In this document: positions 50,707-64,000 of the stretch, piece after piece
How the letters are laid out: the number at the start of each line of letters is the position of its first letter
Position numbering within the stretch: position 1 is the stretch's first letter
NCBI GenBank assembly: GCA_964016885.1
Contig: OZ024742.1
Span: 175,708,001-175,772,000 of the forward strand
Origin: Eledone cirrhosa
Taxonomy: Eukaryota
DNA length: 64,000 nucleotides
Direction of reading: 5' to 3'
Translations under genes and position numbers: made by a program
The notes under the pieces: generated by a model
The model's input: the letters and a program-made list of their open reading frames with translations, nothing else
Databases searched by the model: none
What the model was told of the DNA's origin: nothing

Positions 50707-53700
50707 CTAGCAGCTGAGCCCGGTTGCACTCGGGGCTACTCAGGGCCACTTTTTATTAAATTAATAAGTTGAGGGGCGACGTGAAGATAGTAATGTGACA
50801 GAGAGACGTTGGGTGGAGTAGGATTCAAAGATGTTATTGCAGGCCTTCTTTGTAGACAACGTTCCTGGTGTTTCCTGGGTTACCACATACGAAGAGATTT
50901 TGTGGACTTCCGACGCGGGACCATCCGGCGTATAGTTGACCATGGGAAAATACCTGCTGTGTTAGATTTAGGCCAACCATTTGCAGCGATTGTCCTTGTG
51001 CTTTTTTGATGCTCATTGCAAAGCAGAGTTTTATGGGAAACTGCCGTCGCGTAAATTCATAGGAGACATCAGAGTTACTAAAGCTCATAGGCGTAATTAA
51101 CTTGGTCACGCCATCAGGGTCCGCTCAAAATGGTTGTCTGCACAATTTAAGTCCTTATTTTTTTTAGGATTAAACGCGTTCCATTGCATAGATCTGGTGC
51201 ACCCAGGTTTCCCAGCAGCATAACTGGCACATCAACCTTCAGTTTCAGATCATGAGGAAGTTCTGGATGTAGTTGACTGTTGAGAAATTCAATTGGGTAG
51301 ATGACGGCGTCGTCCGCGTTTTTATTGGTGTCAATCGACTTGAAGGAGACTTCATTTCCGGGAATCTGATCGAGAATTTTTTGGATTATCACGTCAACAT
51401 TGGCATTGTGTGGTGCCAAAATAGCTCTCCCTTTCAGCCAGGTGTGATCATGGAATCATGATTCAAGGTCTGGAAATACAGATGACATTAATTCGTCAAT
51501 GTTTGACTCAAAGTTCCCAAAAGGCACACGGATATGCTCTTCATCCACTCCAGGTGTAGTTCCATTACCAACTTCCAGTAGATCTTTTGAGAAATCGATG
51601 GAGTCTGCGTCACCATGCACATGCACTCTTATGTTGGTAGTCAGATGTAGTTTGTGGACATACTGCCATACGTAGCACGACTTGATACATGCGTTCACTT
51701 CGTCAGCTCTAGTGCTTCTAGTGAGAACAGGAAGAGTCTGTAGGAAATCGCCAGCCAGCAGCACTGTCGCTCCACCCATGACGTGAGTTCCGACGCACGT
51801 CCTTGGGAGTTCGATCCAGAGCCTCAAAGGCCGCCTTGTGACTCGTGGTAGCCACGTCCCATATGATCAGGCAGCACTCAGAAAGAAGATGTGCTTTAGG
51901 GTCGCCACGATCTATTCTACATGTAGGATTTTCCTTCTTTGCAATGTCCAAAGGCAATTTGAATGCGGAGTGTGCCGTACGACCGCCATGTAACAGTGTC
52001 ACCGCAATACCACTGGAGGCGACCGCTAAAGCAATCGGCTCGTCTTTTCGTAGCTTCGCAAGCAAAAGGGTGATGAGAAAAGTTTTTCCTGTTCCGCCAG
52101 GAGCATCCAGGAAAAATAGCCGTCCCTCATTTGAATTGAAAGAACTGGAAAGAACTGGAAAGAATTCTGTCATATGCCCGTCTCTGGTCATGCAAAAGTA
52201 TGGGTTCGTCCTGAGCTACCTGATGTGTCATATCGTCCATGTTGTGATTTAACTCACGCATGAACTCCACATCTAAAGCACTGAGTGTTTCGAGGTTGTG
52301 GCAAACCGAAATCAGATACACCGCCAACTCCAAGAGCTTTAAGATGGTTGTCCATGTCGATGAAGGCCTCATTGTACACCGCGTCGTTGAAAGCAAAGCC
52401 AGCCGCTGGATCTTCTGCTCGTAGTCAATGGAGGATGTCCTCTGACATGTTGTCCTTATGCGTTTCCCAAAGCTTAAGGGGCTCACCTATGCCGCAGAAC
52501 AATAGCATTATGCAAACAGACGTCTCATTTCTCGAGGCATCTTACATTCAGCAGCCTCTGTCAACGCCACGTTCAGGTGGACATCATTCTAGAGTAGCCC
52601 GCGCTTCACGCATGCGTCCCTGTAACTGGAACAAATGTGGCCATCGAAAAGTCTTAGGTCGGCGAATGACTAGGGGCCTTTGATTTGATGCAGCAACATT
52701 CGCAGGAAAAAGCCCTCTTGTTGCTTCGGATGAACATTGTACACGCGTCCGATGGCATTACTTCTGAAGACACCTACCCAATCCTCAACTTTCTCCCCTT
52801 GTCGCCGCCGATGCCATTTTTTGTTCGACCAAGTGAAGCAAGTAGGTACATCGACGTAAAAAAGGGTAACTGCAACCGTATCAACAGAACATAGCTTAAA
52901 AAATGCTGTAAGCGTCGTTTCAGGTGGCTGTTCGGCAGCAGCCGATGCGGTTTCCTCAGTGAAATAAACGCGTTGACCATTCTCTAAGTGAACATCCAAG
53001 TTAACAACTGTTGGAGAGCACTGGTGAATTTCAAGCCCCAAAATGCGCCAAGCCTTCATATTGGACGAAATGTATCTTCCCATCATGAACTGAGTAATTT
53101 CATCTTTTAATTCTACGCCATCACTGAGGCCAACCACCGCCATGTCGCCGCCTTTGTTGATGTATTTGCAGATGTATTTAAAGCTTTTATCAGATGTGCA
53201 GGACTCCACATTGATGTGAGCATTGAACATTTTAGCAAGCAAAGGGCTGCAAGGCACCACCTCGCTGTTGTCAATGTCGCATGCTTTCCCTTTCTTCTTA
53301 ATCCTAGCCGAAAGGCCGCCAAAATCGGAAGCACGCAGCCGGTAGATGGGGTAGCCGTCCCCCCAGTGCAAGTTTCCCTGGTGAAGGCTCTGGGGTAGTG
53401 TTTGGTTCACTTGTCCCACTCCATGCATGAATTTTGGCTGTTAAGGGCACCACAGGGTCCGTGAATCATATTAGCCAGCACAATGTTGTAAAGCTGCAAA
53501 TCAATTTAGGGATCGGGCAACTCTGCACATATAACGCGATCAATGTCCGTAGGTCTGATTCATTCTTTGCACCAAATAAGAATATGTGCGTGCGGAAGAT
53601 CCCGCTTCTGCCATTCCACAGTATACATCCAAGCATTGAGTTGTCCGTAGATGGCCTTATCTTTCAGCAAGCACATTAGTTTCTTCAACTTTCCGTGGAA

Positions 53701-54644
53701 GACTCTGGCTCTAATATCATGCCTGTCACTCGTCACCTGGCCCGCGAATAAATTCTCCTTAATCTCCACCCAATTAGGATTACATGTAAAGGTAATAAAA
53801 AGATCCGGCCGCCCAAACTTACCGATATACGCCATGGCATCCTTTGTCCGTTTATGCATGTATCGGGGTGAGCCACTAAAGCTTCAAGGAAGGATCACCT
53901 GATTCCCAACATTGGTTGCGTCACCGTCACGCTGCAAAGCATCCTTAAGATGAGCGTATTGAACCTCTCTTAGTTCTTTTTAATGGGTACGTATGTACAG
54001 ACGACGTTCCACTTCGATCTTTGCATACATATCAACCAAGAACTGGTTTGTCACCTCTTTGAACCTAAGTAGTTGGTTGAATTGATCGTCTCTGATCATG
54101 AGTCGGTATGCATAAAATTCCATGCTGGAAACTTTCTTTGGTAAAGCAGCAAGACTTTTCAGATCAATTGTGGGAATCTCGAAGTTGTAGCCGTCCTCAC
54201 CGTAAGGAAAAAGACGAGGGTACTGCAAGCAATCGTACGACGATGGGATTCTGCAAAGATAAACTGAATGCTTTAACTCGGTCACTACTGTTTTACAACT
54301 TCTCAAAACAGAAATAATATTTTTATGGAGATAAAAGAAGCAACATAACAAAGGATATCGAAAAACAAACGTACTGTGCGCACGAGCCTACATTCTTTGC
54401 AATTTAAGGGCTTTATTTCGTTTAGAAGAAAATACTGATTGTTTGCGGTTAGGCATATCGTATAACAATACTATAGAAGCAATGTAAAAGTATTTTAGGT
54501 TAAATACTGAACCAGTGAGAGCACGTAGTCGTTTCAATAAAAAGTTGCATTAAAAAAGGAAGGCATTGAATGTAAAATGTTAAGCTAAAAGCGAAAAATT
54601 AATGGTAATTTGGTAATACTCATCTCTTTTGTGAATTGGAGAGA
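50707..54644 (-). mobile_element. Helitron with fragmented RepHel
   Basis: 3' end hairpin CCCGAGTGCAACCGGG plus CTAG^T; Rep motifs PDLFITFTCNPNW, VEWQKRDLPHAHILIW, KYICKYINKG; PIF1 helicase FLDAPGGTGKTF, LAGDFLQTLPV, QFPIKLCFAMSIKKAQGQSL. 5' TC at 54644 is tentative. Confidence 0.92.
50834..54260 (-). pseudogene. Helitron Rep/PIF1-helicase pseudogene
   Basis: ORF fragments 53980-54351, 53560-53859, 52670-53428, 51718-52191, 51456-51827, 51147-51419 and 50834-51109 in domain order. Confidence 0.9.
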
Positions 54645-54663
54645 TGGGTGTAGGTTATGTATA

Positions 54664-54766
<103 letters not shown>

Positions 54767-54934
54767 ACAGTTCAAGAGTAAACCAATCTTAAATAGAGAG
54801 GTAGAGATAGGAGAGGAGAGATTGGTGAAGGTAATAGAAGCCAAAAGCCTAAAGGCATGTGCTCAATGTGCAATATGAAGTGGGAAGCAGCAAGAGAACT
54901 GGGTTCATGCGGAGGTTAGGTGCACAGAGCAGGA

Positions 54935-55487
54935 AATATTCATTATTTAAGCAAATGAAGACCACAAAACTCACACAGAAGACGTTAGTTAAAGTGTGTC
55001 AACATTAATTGCAGTTTAATGTAAGGAATAAAGAGTGTCAACATTAATTGCAGTTTAATATAAGGAATAATAATATCAGTTTACAATTGTTTCACTGCTC
55101 CATATAATGTTTCTGTTTCGATCGTTTATGAGATCGTTATTGATCTGGTTCAGAGAAAGATAAGTAACTTAAATTATATTGTGGAGCAGATCTTCAGAAC
55201 TTCAGATGAGAAAATGAAAATATTAGAGATAAAATGGAAATGAAATAAAAAATATAAAATAAAATAAGAGGGTTACCTGTCCGTAAAGATTACTGCAATT
55301 AATGTTGACACTCTTTATTCCTTATGTTAAACTGCAATTAATGTTGACACTCTTTATTCCTTATATTAAACTGCAATTAATGTTGACACTCTTTATTCCT
55401 TACGTTAAACTGCAATTAATGATGACACTCTTTAACTAATGTCTTCTATGTGAGATTTGCGGTCTTGATTTCTTAAATAATGAATAC
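54935..55487. repeat. inverted-repeat cassette with 39-bp subrepeats enclosing a hammerhead
   Basis: Arms 54935-55070 and 55293-55487; unit CTGCAATTAATGTTGACACTCTTTATTCCTTATGTTAAA. Confidence 0.8.
55078..55201 (-). ncRNA. type I hammerhead ribozyme (family H7, 97-nt helix II domain)
   Basis: Minus strand: AGTT-CTGAAGA-T CTGCTCCA...TGGAGCAG T-GAAA-CAATTG-TA-AACT. Confidence 0.75.
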
Positions 55488-55501
55488 ATATATATGATGG
55501 G

Positions 55502-56467
55502 ATGACAGAGTTACATATATATGATGGGATGACAGAGTTCTTTGAGATACTGGCTGGAGTGCTCCAGGGAGATACATTGGCTCCCTATCTTTTTATCATC
55601 GTAGTGGACTATTGTATGCGCCTTGCACTGGAGAAACACCAGGACTCTGGCTTTACTGTAGCACCGGCTCAGAGCAGGAGAGTTAGGGCGAAAAAGGTAT
55701 CGGATGCTGAATTTGCCGACGACATAGTTTTGGTGACAAATACAGTGAAGGAGGCAGAGGATTTGATGCGGGAGGTTGAGACTGTGTCGATGAGTGTGGG
55801 GCTGAGAATGAATGAGACTAAAACAAAATATCTGGTAGAGAATGTTGAGAAGCCAGAGGGGATCACTAATGTAGGGGGGAAGCCGCTGGAATTGGTTGAG
55901 GACTTCCTGTATTTGGGAGCAAGGATTGGGAATACGGAAGATGATGTGGTTGAGAGGAAGAGCAAGGCCTGGGCGGCGTGCCACAGCTTGAGATCTGTGT
56001 GGAAGTCGGACCTTCGTAGAGACCTGAAAATCCGCCTCTTCATTGCTGTAGTGGAGTCTGTGCTGTTGTATGGGTCTGAGACTTGGACACTGACCAAGAA
56101 ACTCACTCAGATGGTGGATGGGTGCTACACGAGAATGCTGAGGATGGCTCTGAACATTAATCAGTATACACTGAGGATGAAAAACTCAGAGCTGTATGGG
56201 AGCATCCCAAAACTCAGCTCAAAAGTGACACAGAGGAGACTGAGGTTGGCTGGACATGCTCACCGACATCCAGAGTTGACATTGCACTCAGTGCTCCTTT
56301 GGGAGCCCCTACATGGACGACTAGAAGAGGAAGACCAAGTTTAACGTATGTTGATGCCCTAAGGACAGACACTGGTCTGTTGGAGATGCAGGACATGGCA
56401 GCGATAATGAGGGACAGAGACCGCTGGAGAGAACTCATCCATGGATCTCGGGAATTTTACCTGCCTT

Positions 56468-56469
<2 letters not shown>
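55502..56469 (+). mobile_element. 5'-truncated non-LTR retrotransposon (RTE-related RT)
   Basis: GVLQGDTLAPYLF, FADD, FLYLG, LLYGSETW, RRLRLAGH; one frameshift near the end. Confidence 0.88.
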
Positions 56470-56542
<73 letters not shown>

Positions 56543-56757
56543 TAAACGGAATAGAAAATGCTGACAAATTGTTCACAGTTGAAAAATGGTTTAATTAGGA
56601 ATAAAAGAGTATTAGTGATTGTATGGGTTAGTATTCAGTTGTGGTTTTAAGTTTTTAAGTTTTTACCGGTTGCGCATTTCTAAATGCTTTTCAAAAATAA
56701 TTTTGAGATAGAGTGACCGTGCTGTTTGCTCTGATCTGATTAGTTTAGGGAATTCTA

Positions 56758-56998
56758 CCTGTTTTTATGTTAAAAATGTGGCTCCAGCGTTATTTTTGTG
56801 TTGCAAAAATGCTTGTGGTCAAAACAATTTTGATTGGTCGGTAGAGGTCATGTGAATGTAAAAAGTTGATTTTGCACCAAGACTGTTTTTATGTTAAAAT
56901 GTTAAAAAAAGTGGCTCCAGCAAAAATTATTGGTCAAAACAATTTTGATTGGTCGGTAGAGGTCATGTGGATAAAAAATTGGTTTTGCGCCAAGATTG
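56758..56998. repeat. ~124-bp tandem duplication
   Basis: CTGTTTTTATGTTAAAA..GTGGCTCCAGC..GGTCAAAACAATTTTGATTGGTCGGTAGAGGTCATGTG occurs twice. Confidence 0.75.
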
Positions 56999-57023
56999 AG
57001 AAATGACTCTTTCACAACAAATA

Positions 57024-57054
<31 letters not shown>

Positions 57055-57160
57055 GTGTGTGCGTGTGTGTATGTGTGTGTGTGTGTGTGTGTAGTAGTAG
57101 TAAGTTGTTCGATGCTGCGACAATGGCCAGAAGCGATGTGTGTCAAATGGCTATTAAGAT

Positions 57161-57222
<62 letters not shown>

Positions 57223-57587
57223 ATATATATAGCAGAGTCATTCGAAGGTCAAAAGATATTTTTCAGCTTTTGTCTTATACGGAGAAGTGCGTGTGTGTGT
57301 GTGTATAAGTCTCTTCGTATGTTGATGTACGCGTGTGTATGTGTTTGTGTATATGTGTGTGGGTGGACCAGTATTTTTTCCCCCTGATAAAATGGTGTTC
57401 ATTATTAGATTTTTTCAGTAAAATCGGTTCTCTTAATAGAACATCAAAAATCTTAACAATAAAAGGTGTGAAATGATATTCACTATATATATACACACAC
57501 ATACACACATTCACTACATATATATATATATATCCATATATACATACATATATATGCACATATATTTTTTTGTATTGCACCATAGAG

Positions 57588-57658
<71 letters not shown>

Positions 57659-57662
<4 letters not shown>

Positions 57663-57875
57663 CGTGTGGCTGAGTGGTTAGAGAGTTTGATTCACAATCT
57701 TCAGGTTGTGAGTTCGATTCCTGGACCGGGCGATGCGTTATGTCCTTGAGCAAGACACTTTATTTCACGTTGCTCCTTCTACCTGGAGTTGCGACCGATA
57801 GATAGTACTAGCAACTGGAAAGACCAACGGAAACATTATTTCCTCGGTCCGATTTGACGAAAGTCGATCGATAAA
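57659..57875 (+). mobile_element. tRNA/CORE-like SINE (family B head, different tail)
   Basis: TGGCTGAGTGG, GAGTTCGATTCC, GTCCTTGAGCAAGACACTTTATTTCAC; downstream sequence differs from 35068-35405. Confidence 0.7.
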
Positions 57876-58039
57876 AAATTAAATTTTAAAAATGTATATA
57901 TATATATATATATATGAATATATATATGTCAATATATATATATATATATGTATATACGTTATTCCGGGTTGAATCGGAGGTAACCACAGTAAGTAAGGTA
58001 CTCAATACATAGCAGAGTATAACAGTTTTAATATAGATG

Positions 58040-58090
58040 AGATTCTACAGTACTAGAACTGTTTCATTCATTAGAAATCATCAGGAATCT
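58040..58090 (-). ncRNA. type I hammerhead ribozyme (family H6, intact copy)
   Basis: Minus strand: AGATTC-CTGATGA-TTTCTAATGAAT-GAAA-CAG TTCTAGTA CTG-TA-GAATCT. Confidence 0.8.
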
Positions 58091-58699
58091 GGGTATCAAA
58101 AAATAAATATGGTATTTATAGGTCTCTACAAGTGGTAGGAGAGGGTGGGGAGTGGGATGGGTGCAGGTCATTGGTTGATAGAAAAGGGAATTCATTAAAA
58201 GCTAATTCTACAAAGCTATAGTCAATTTTTATTTTTATTTATATTTATTTATGTTTTTAGAGTAACAAAGGCAGACAGAATTCTATAAACAGGTTCCGGA
58301 TGGCATACCATTCCTTGTCAATAAGTTTCTCTTAAGCTAACAGATGTCTATAAAATCAGTGGGGGGTCAGTCATGCTCGATAGAATTAAAGAAAAGGGAG
58401 ATTCTTTAAAAGCTAAAGTCATTAAGGTTCTATTAAGGGAAAAAGGTCTAGAGAATTCTGCAGACAGATTCAAAATACTGAGTGCATATCTTACTATTAT
58501 CTTCGAACTTCTCTTAAACTAATCAACAATATGCCAAAATCAACAGACACATTCACAAAAAAACAAAAAAACAAAAAAACAAAAAAACAGAAAAACAAAA
58601 CAAACCACAAATAAAAAACAAAAAAACACACATACTCACTCACACACTTACGCGCAACCATAAACACACACACAAACACATATACACACACTCGCCTCC

Positions 58700-58939
58700 T
58701 ACGTTTTGGACCTCAAAAGGAACTCCACCCCCTTCACGCTTAATTGGAAAATACTCCAGGAAGCGCGCTCTTACAACGGAGGACACAAGGGCTGCGACCT
58801 TTGTATTTCAGAATGCTACGAAATTTTATTCGCCAAGGGCCCGCTACTGAACAAACTCTCTGAACACTGCCCGAACTGCATGCACAAGAACTTTGCAACA
58901 TTCAAACACTTTAAGCCAGTGTTAAAGCCCGATGGCTAA
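58700..58939 (+). mobile_element. Penelope GIY-YIG C-terminal fragment
   Basis: LNWKILQEARSYNGGHKGCDLCISE..LLNK..CMHK..PDG, like the end of ORF 19123-20220. Confidence 0.8.
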
Positions 58940-59129
58940 AAACGACCTCCCCCTATTGGCCCCTTTACCTCCTCCCCACCCTACCCCCACCCCTCCTCAA
59001 CCTGAAATACGGCCACTCTGGTCATGTGAGTACCTCTTTCGTATCTACATTTTCTGCCTGTAGAGGTGTCTTTATGTGCCTGTGTATATGCGTATATTTA
59101 TTGAGTATCTATTTACTTGTTTGTGTATA

Positions 59130-60570
<1,441 letters not shown>

Positions 60571-62401
60571 TCATCATCATCATCATCATCAACGTTTAAC
60601 GTCCGTGTTCCACGCTTGCATGGGTTTGGACGGGGGTAGTCCCACTTGAGGCAAGAGTGATTGTCTTGCTCGCATAGGACTGTCTGGCAGGTTTTCTACA
60701 GTTGGATGCCCTTCCTAACACCAACCACATTTACAGTGTGGGTCTGGGAGGTTTTTACCGTGTTGCCTACACGGCCACATTACAGCGTGGACTGTGTGTT
60801 TTTTTGTCGTGACACCTACACGATCTCATTTGTTTCGGCCTGGATGGCGCGGCACCAACATAACTTTACATAGAACGGGGTGGTGTGGATGGGGTGGGGG
60901 TGGCGGCGGGAGGGGTGTATTTTGTTAGAGATGCCTACTGGCAAGGCGGGTCTTCTCTGTTACTGAGTACCGCCAAAGGTCACGGTCCAGTGACATTGTC
61001 TTGGAGAGGTGTAAGTGTGTGAGGTCGGAGTTTATCAGCTCATCCCATGTTTTTCTAGGTCTGCCTATTCCGTGGCTACCGTCTATCTTTATTGCCCTGC
61101 ACTTTGTAATACAGCTATCGACTTTCATGCGCATCACGTGTCCATACCAACGCAGCCTTCTCTCGAGTAAACAACATCTGATCCCTCTTATCTCTAATTT
61201 TTTCCTTAGTTCGTTTATGCTTTGCCGTTCACGTATATTACTGTTACACATCCAGCGGAGCATGCAAGCTTCGTTCCTCTCTAGTCTGCGTATATCCTCT
61301 GCACACAATGCCCAGGTCTCACTACCATGCAACATTGCTGTTCGTATGCAGGCATCGTACAACCTGCCTTTCATTTTTAGGGAGAACCCTTTAGCAGCTA
61401 ATAGTGGTATAAGCTCTCTGAACTTTTTCCAACCAGTTCTGACTCTAGCTACAGTACTTTCAGAGCACCCTCCCCCACTGCTGATTTTATCGCCCAGGTA
61501 ACGGAAGCTGTCCACTATTTCTATAAAACCCTCTGCGCAATTGAAAGAGCTAGTATTTTGTGGGCACTTGCTGCTACTTATTGCACCAGAACACCGGCCA
61601 CATGTAAAGTCTATGTTCTTAGTTAGCTTACCTGTGATCCCACTACATCTTTTATGCACCCATACTTTGCATTTAGGACATAAGATGGAGTTTCTACCTA
61701 CGCCTTTCCTACATACCGAGCACGACCATTTCCCAGAAGGGACCGCCGCCTTGTTTTCTTTCCTACAAACTAGAACTTTGGTCTTAGCCAGGTTAATTTT
61801 AAGTCCTTTTGACTCTAGGCCGTGCTTCCATGTTTGGAATTTCTTCTCTAGCTCGGCCATTGATTCCGCTATGAGTGTCAGGTCGTCTGCGTATAGGAGT
61901 TCCCATGGGCAGCCTGTCTTGAACTCCTCTGTTATAGCCTGAAGGGCAATAATAAATAGTAGGGGGCTGAGAACAGAGCCCTGATGGACGCCAACTTTTA
62001 CGCTAAACTCTTCACTATATTCGTTGTTAATTCTAACCTTGCTGACTGTTTCTTTATACATGGCTTGTATAGCCCTCACAAGCCATTCGTCAACGCCTAG
62101 TTTTCTAAGAGCCCACCAGATAATGGAGCGGGGGACTCTGTCGAAGGCTTTCTCCAGGTCGACAAAAGCTAAGTAGAGGGGTTTACCTTTAGCTAGGTAC
62201 TTCTCCTGTAGTTGTCGTACTATGAAAAGAGCGTCTGTGGTGCTTTTGCCTGACACAAACCCGAACTGCATTTCATCTAGATCAATTCTCTCTCTGATTA
62301 GTTGCGCTATTACTTTTTCCGTGACCTTCATGACCTGGTCGATTAATTTAATGCCTCTATAGTTACTCCTATCTAGGGCGTCTCCTTTACCCTTATAACA
62401 G

Positions 62402-62402
<1 letters not shown>
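60571..62402 (-). mobile_element. RTE-clade LINE, 5'-truncated, with 3' UTR and (GAT)n tail
   Basis: ORF to 60925, 3' UTR 60590-60924, (CAT)n on the plus strand at 60571-60590; both ends abut TA-rich tracts. Confidence 0.93.
60925..62402 (-). CDS. RTE reverse transcriptase ORF (3' ~490 codons, uninterrupted) with PHD-like Cys/His insertion
   Basis: [68 protein letters not shown]. Confidence 0.92.
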
Positions 62403-62471
<69 letters not shown>

Positions 62472-62652
62472 GTATATATATATATGTATATATATATTTA
62501 TATATATATATATGTATATGTATGTATGTATATATGTATGTATGTATATATGTATGTATATATGTATGTATATATGTATATATATATGTATATATATATG
62601 TATATATATATGTATGTATATATATATGTATATATATATGTATATATATATG

Positions 62653-62719
<67 letters not shown>

Positions 62720-62726
62720 GTATATA

Positions 62727-62805
<79 letters not shown>

Positions 62806-62926
62806 GTGTATGTGTGTGTATTTGTATGTATATATGTATATGCGTGTATGTGTGTGTGTGTATATGTATGTATATGAATGTGAGTATATATATATATATA
62901 TATATGTGTATATGTGTATATGTATG

Positions 62927-62975
<49 letters not shown>

Positions 62976-63038
62976 ATGTATATATGTGTATGTATATGTA
63001 TATATATATATATATATGTATATGTGTGTATATATATG

Positions 63039-63071
<33 letters not shown>

Positions 63072-63202
63072 GTATATGTATGTGTATGTGTATGTGTGTG
63101 TATATGTGTGTGTGTATATGTATATGTATATGTATGTGTATATATATATATATATATATGTGTATATGTATATATATATGTATGTGTGTATGTATGTGTA
63201 TA

Positions 63203-63258
<56 letters not shown>

Positions 63259-63448
63259 CGTATGTGTATATATGTGTGTGTGTGTATATATATATGTGTA
63301 TATGTATGTGTTTGTGTGTATGTATATGTATATATGTGTGTATGTGTGTGTATTTGCGAGTGTATATGTACATATATGTGTGTATGTGTATGTATGTAAC
63401 AATATTTGTATATGTATATGTATGTGCATATGTGTATATATATGTGTA

Positions 63449-63526
<78 letters not shown>

Positions 63527-63667
63527 CATGAGATAGAGAGTGTGTGTGTATACATATTTTGTGTGTCGGTGTGTGTATGTGTGTATGCGCGCGTGTGTGT
63601 GTATATGTGTATATATATGTATGTATATGTGTATATATGTGTATGTGTATGTATATATATGTGTATA

Positions 63668-63722
<55 letters not shown>

Positions 63723-63743
63723 ATATGCATATATATATGTATG

Positions 63744-63777
<34 letters not shown>

Positions 63778-63877
63778 TATGTATATGTGTGTGTATATGT
63801 GCGTTATATGTCTGTATATATATGTGTATATTTATGTATAGGTCTTTGTATGTATGTGTATGTTTGTGTATGTATGG

Positions 63878-63919
<42 letters not shown>

Positions 63920-64000
63920 GTATTTGTATGTGTGTGTATAGAGATATATATATATATGTATATATGTATGTATATGTGTGTATATGTATGTATATATATG
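62403..64000. repeat. compound (TA)n/(TATG)n/(TG)n microsatellite
   Basis: Directly visible. Confidence 0.95.

Noticed and set aside
55293-55432. 39-bp repeats as a CRISPR array
   Set aside because: Head-to-tail with no spacers, no cas genes, eukaryotic context
62403-63555. N-terminal ~385 aa of the 876-aa ORF
   Set aside because: Microsatellite read-through; real RTE coding starts at ~62402

Overview
AT-rich eukaryotic non-genic DNA. The SINE types, RTE tails and very long (TA)n/(TG)n tracts suggest an octopod cephalopod (inference, no database search). I found no convincing host-gene exon. The window is a mosaic of transposable elements, many sitting in TA microsatellites: two decayed Gypsy LTR retrotransposons plus a solo LTR, several Penelope-like elements (PLEs; RT + GIY-YIG), RTE-type LINEs (one with an intact ~490-codon 3' ORF carrying a PHD-like finger), three mariner remnants, a RepHel Helitron, a non-autonomous Helitron and two tRNA-derived SINE families. 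The most interesting layer is non-coding and invisible to the ORF track. There are at least 13 type I hammerhead ribozyme (HHR) motifs, folded by eye, from about 8 sequence families. They occur in PLE terminal repeats, in head-to-head palindromes, in inverted-repeat cassettes with unusually long helix II, and in an ORF-less 460-500 bp tandem unit (17.2-18.5 kb) that looks like a non-LTR retrozyme. There is also a full-length 5S rRNA copy fused to the RTE 3' tail (candidate SINE3) at 12.86-13.05 kb.
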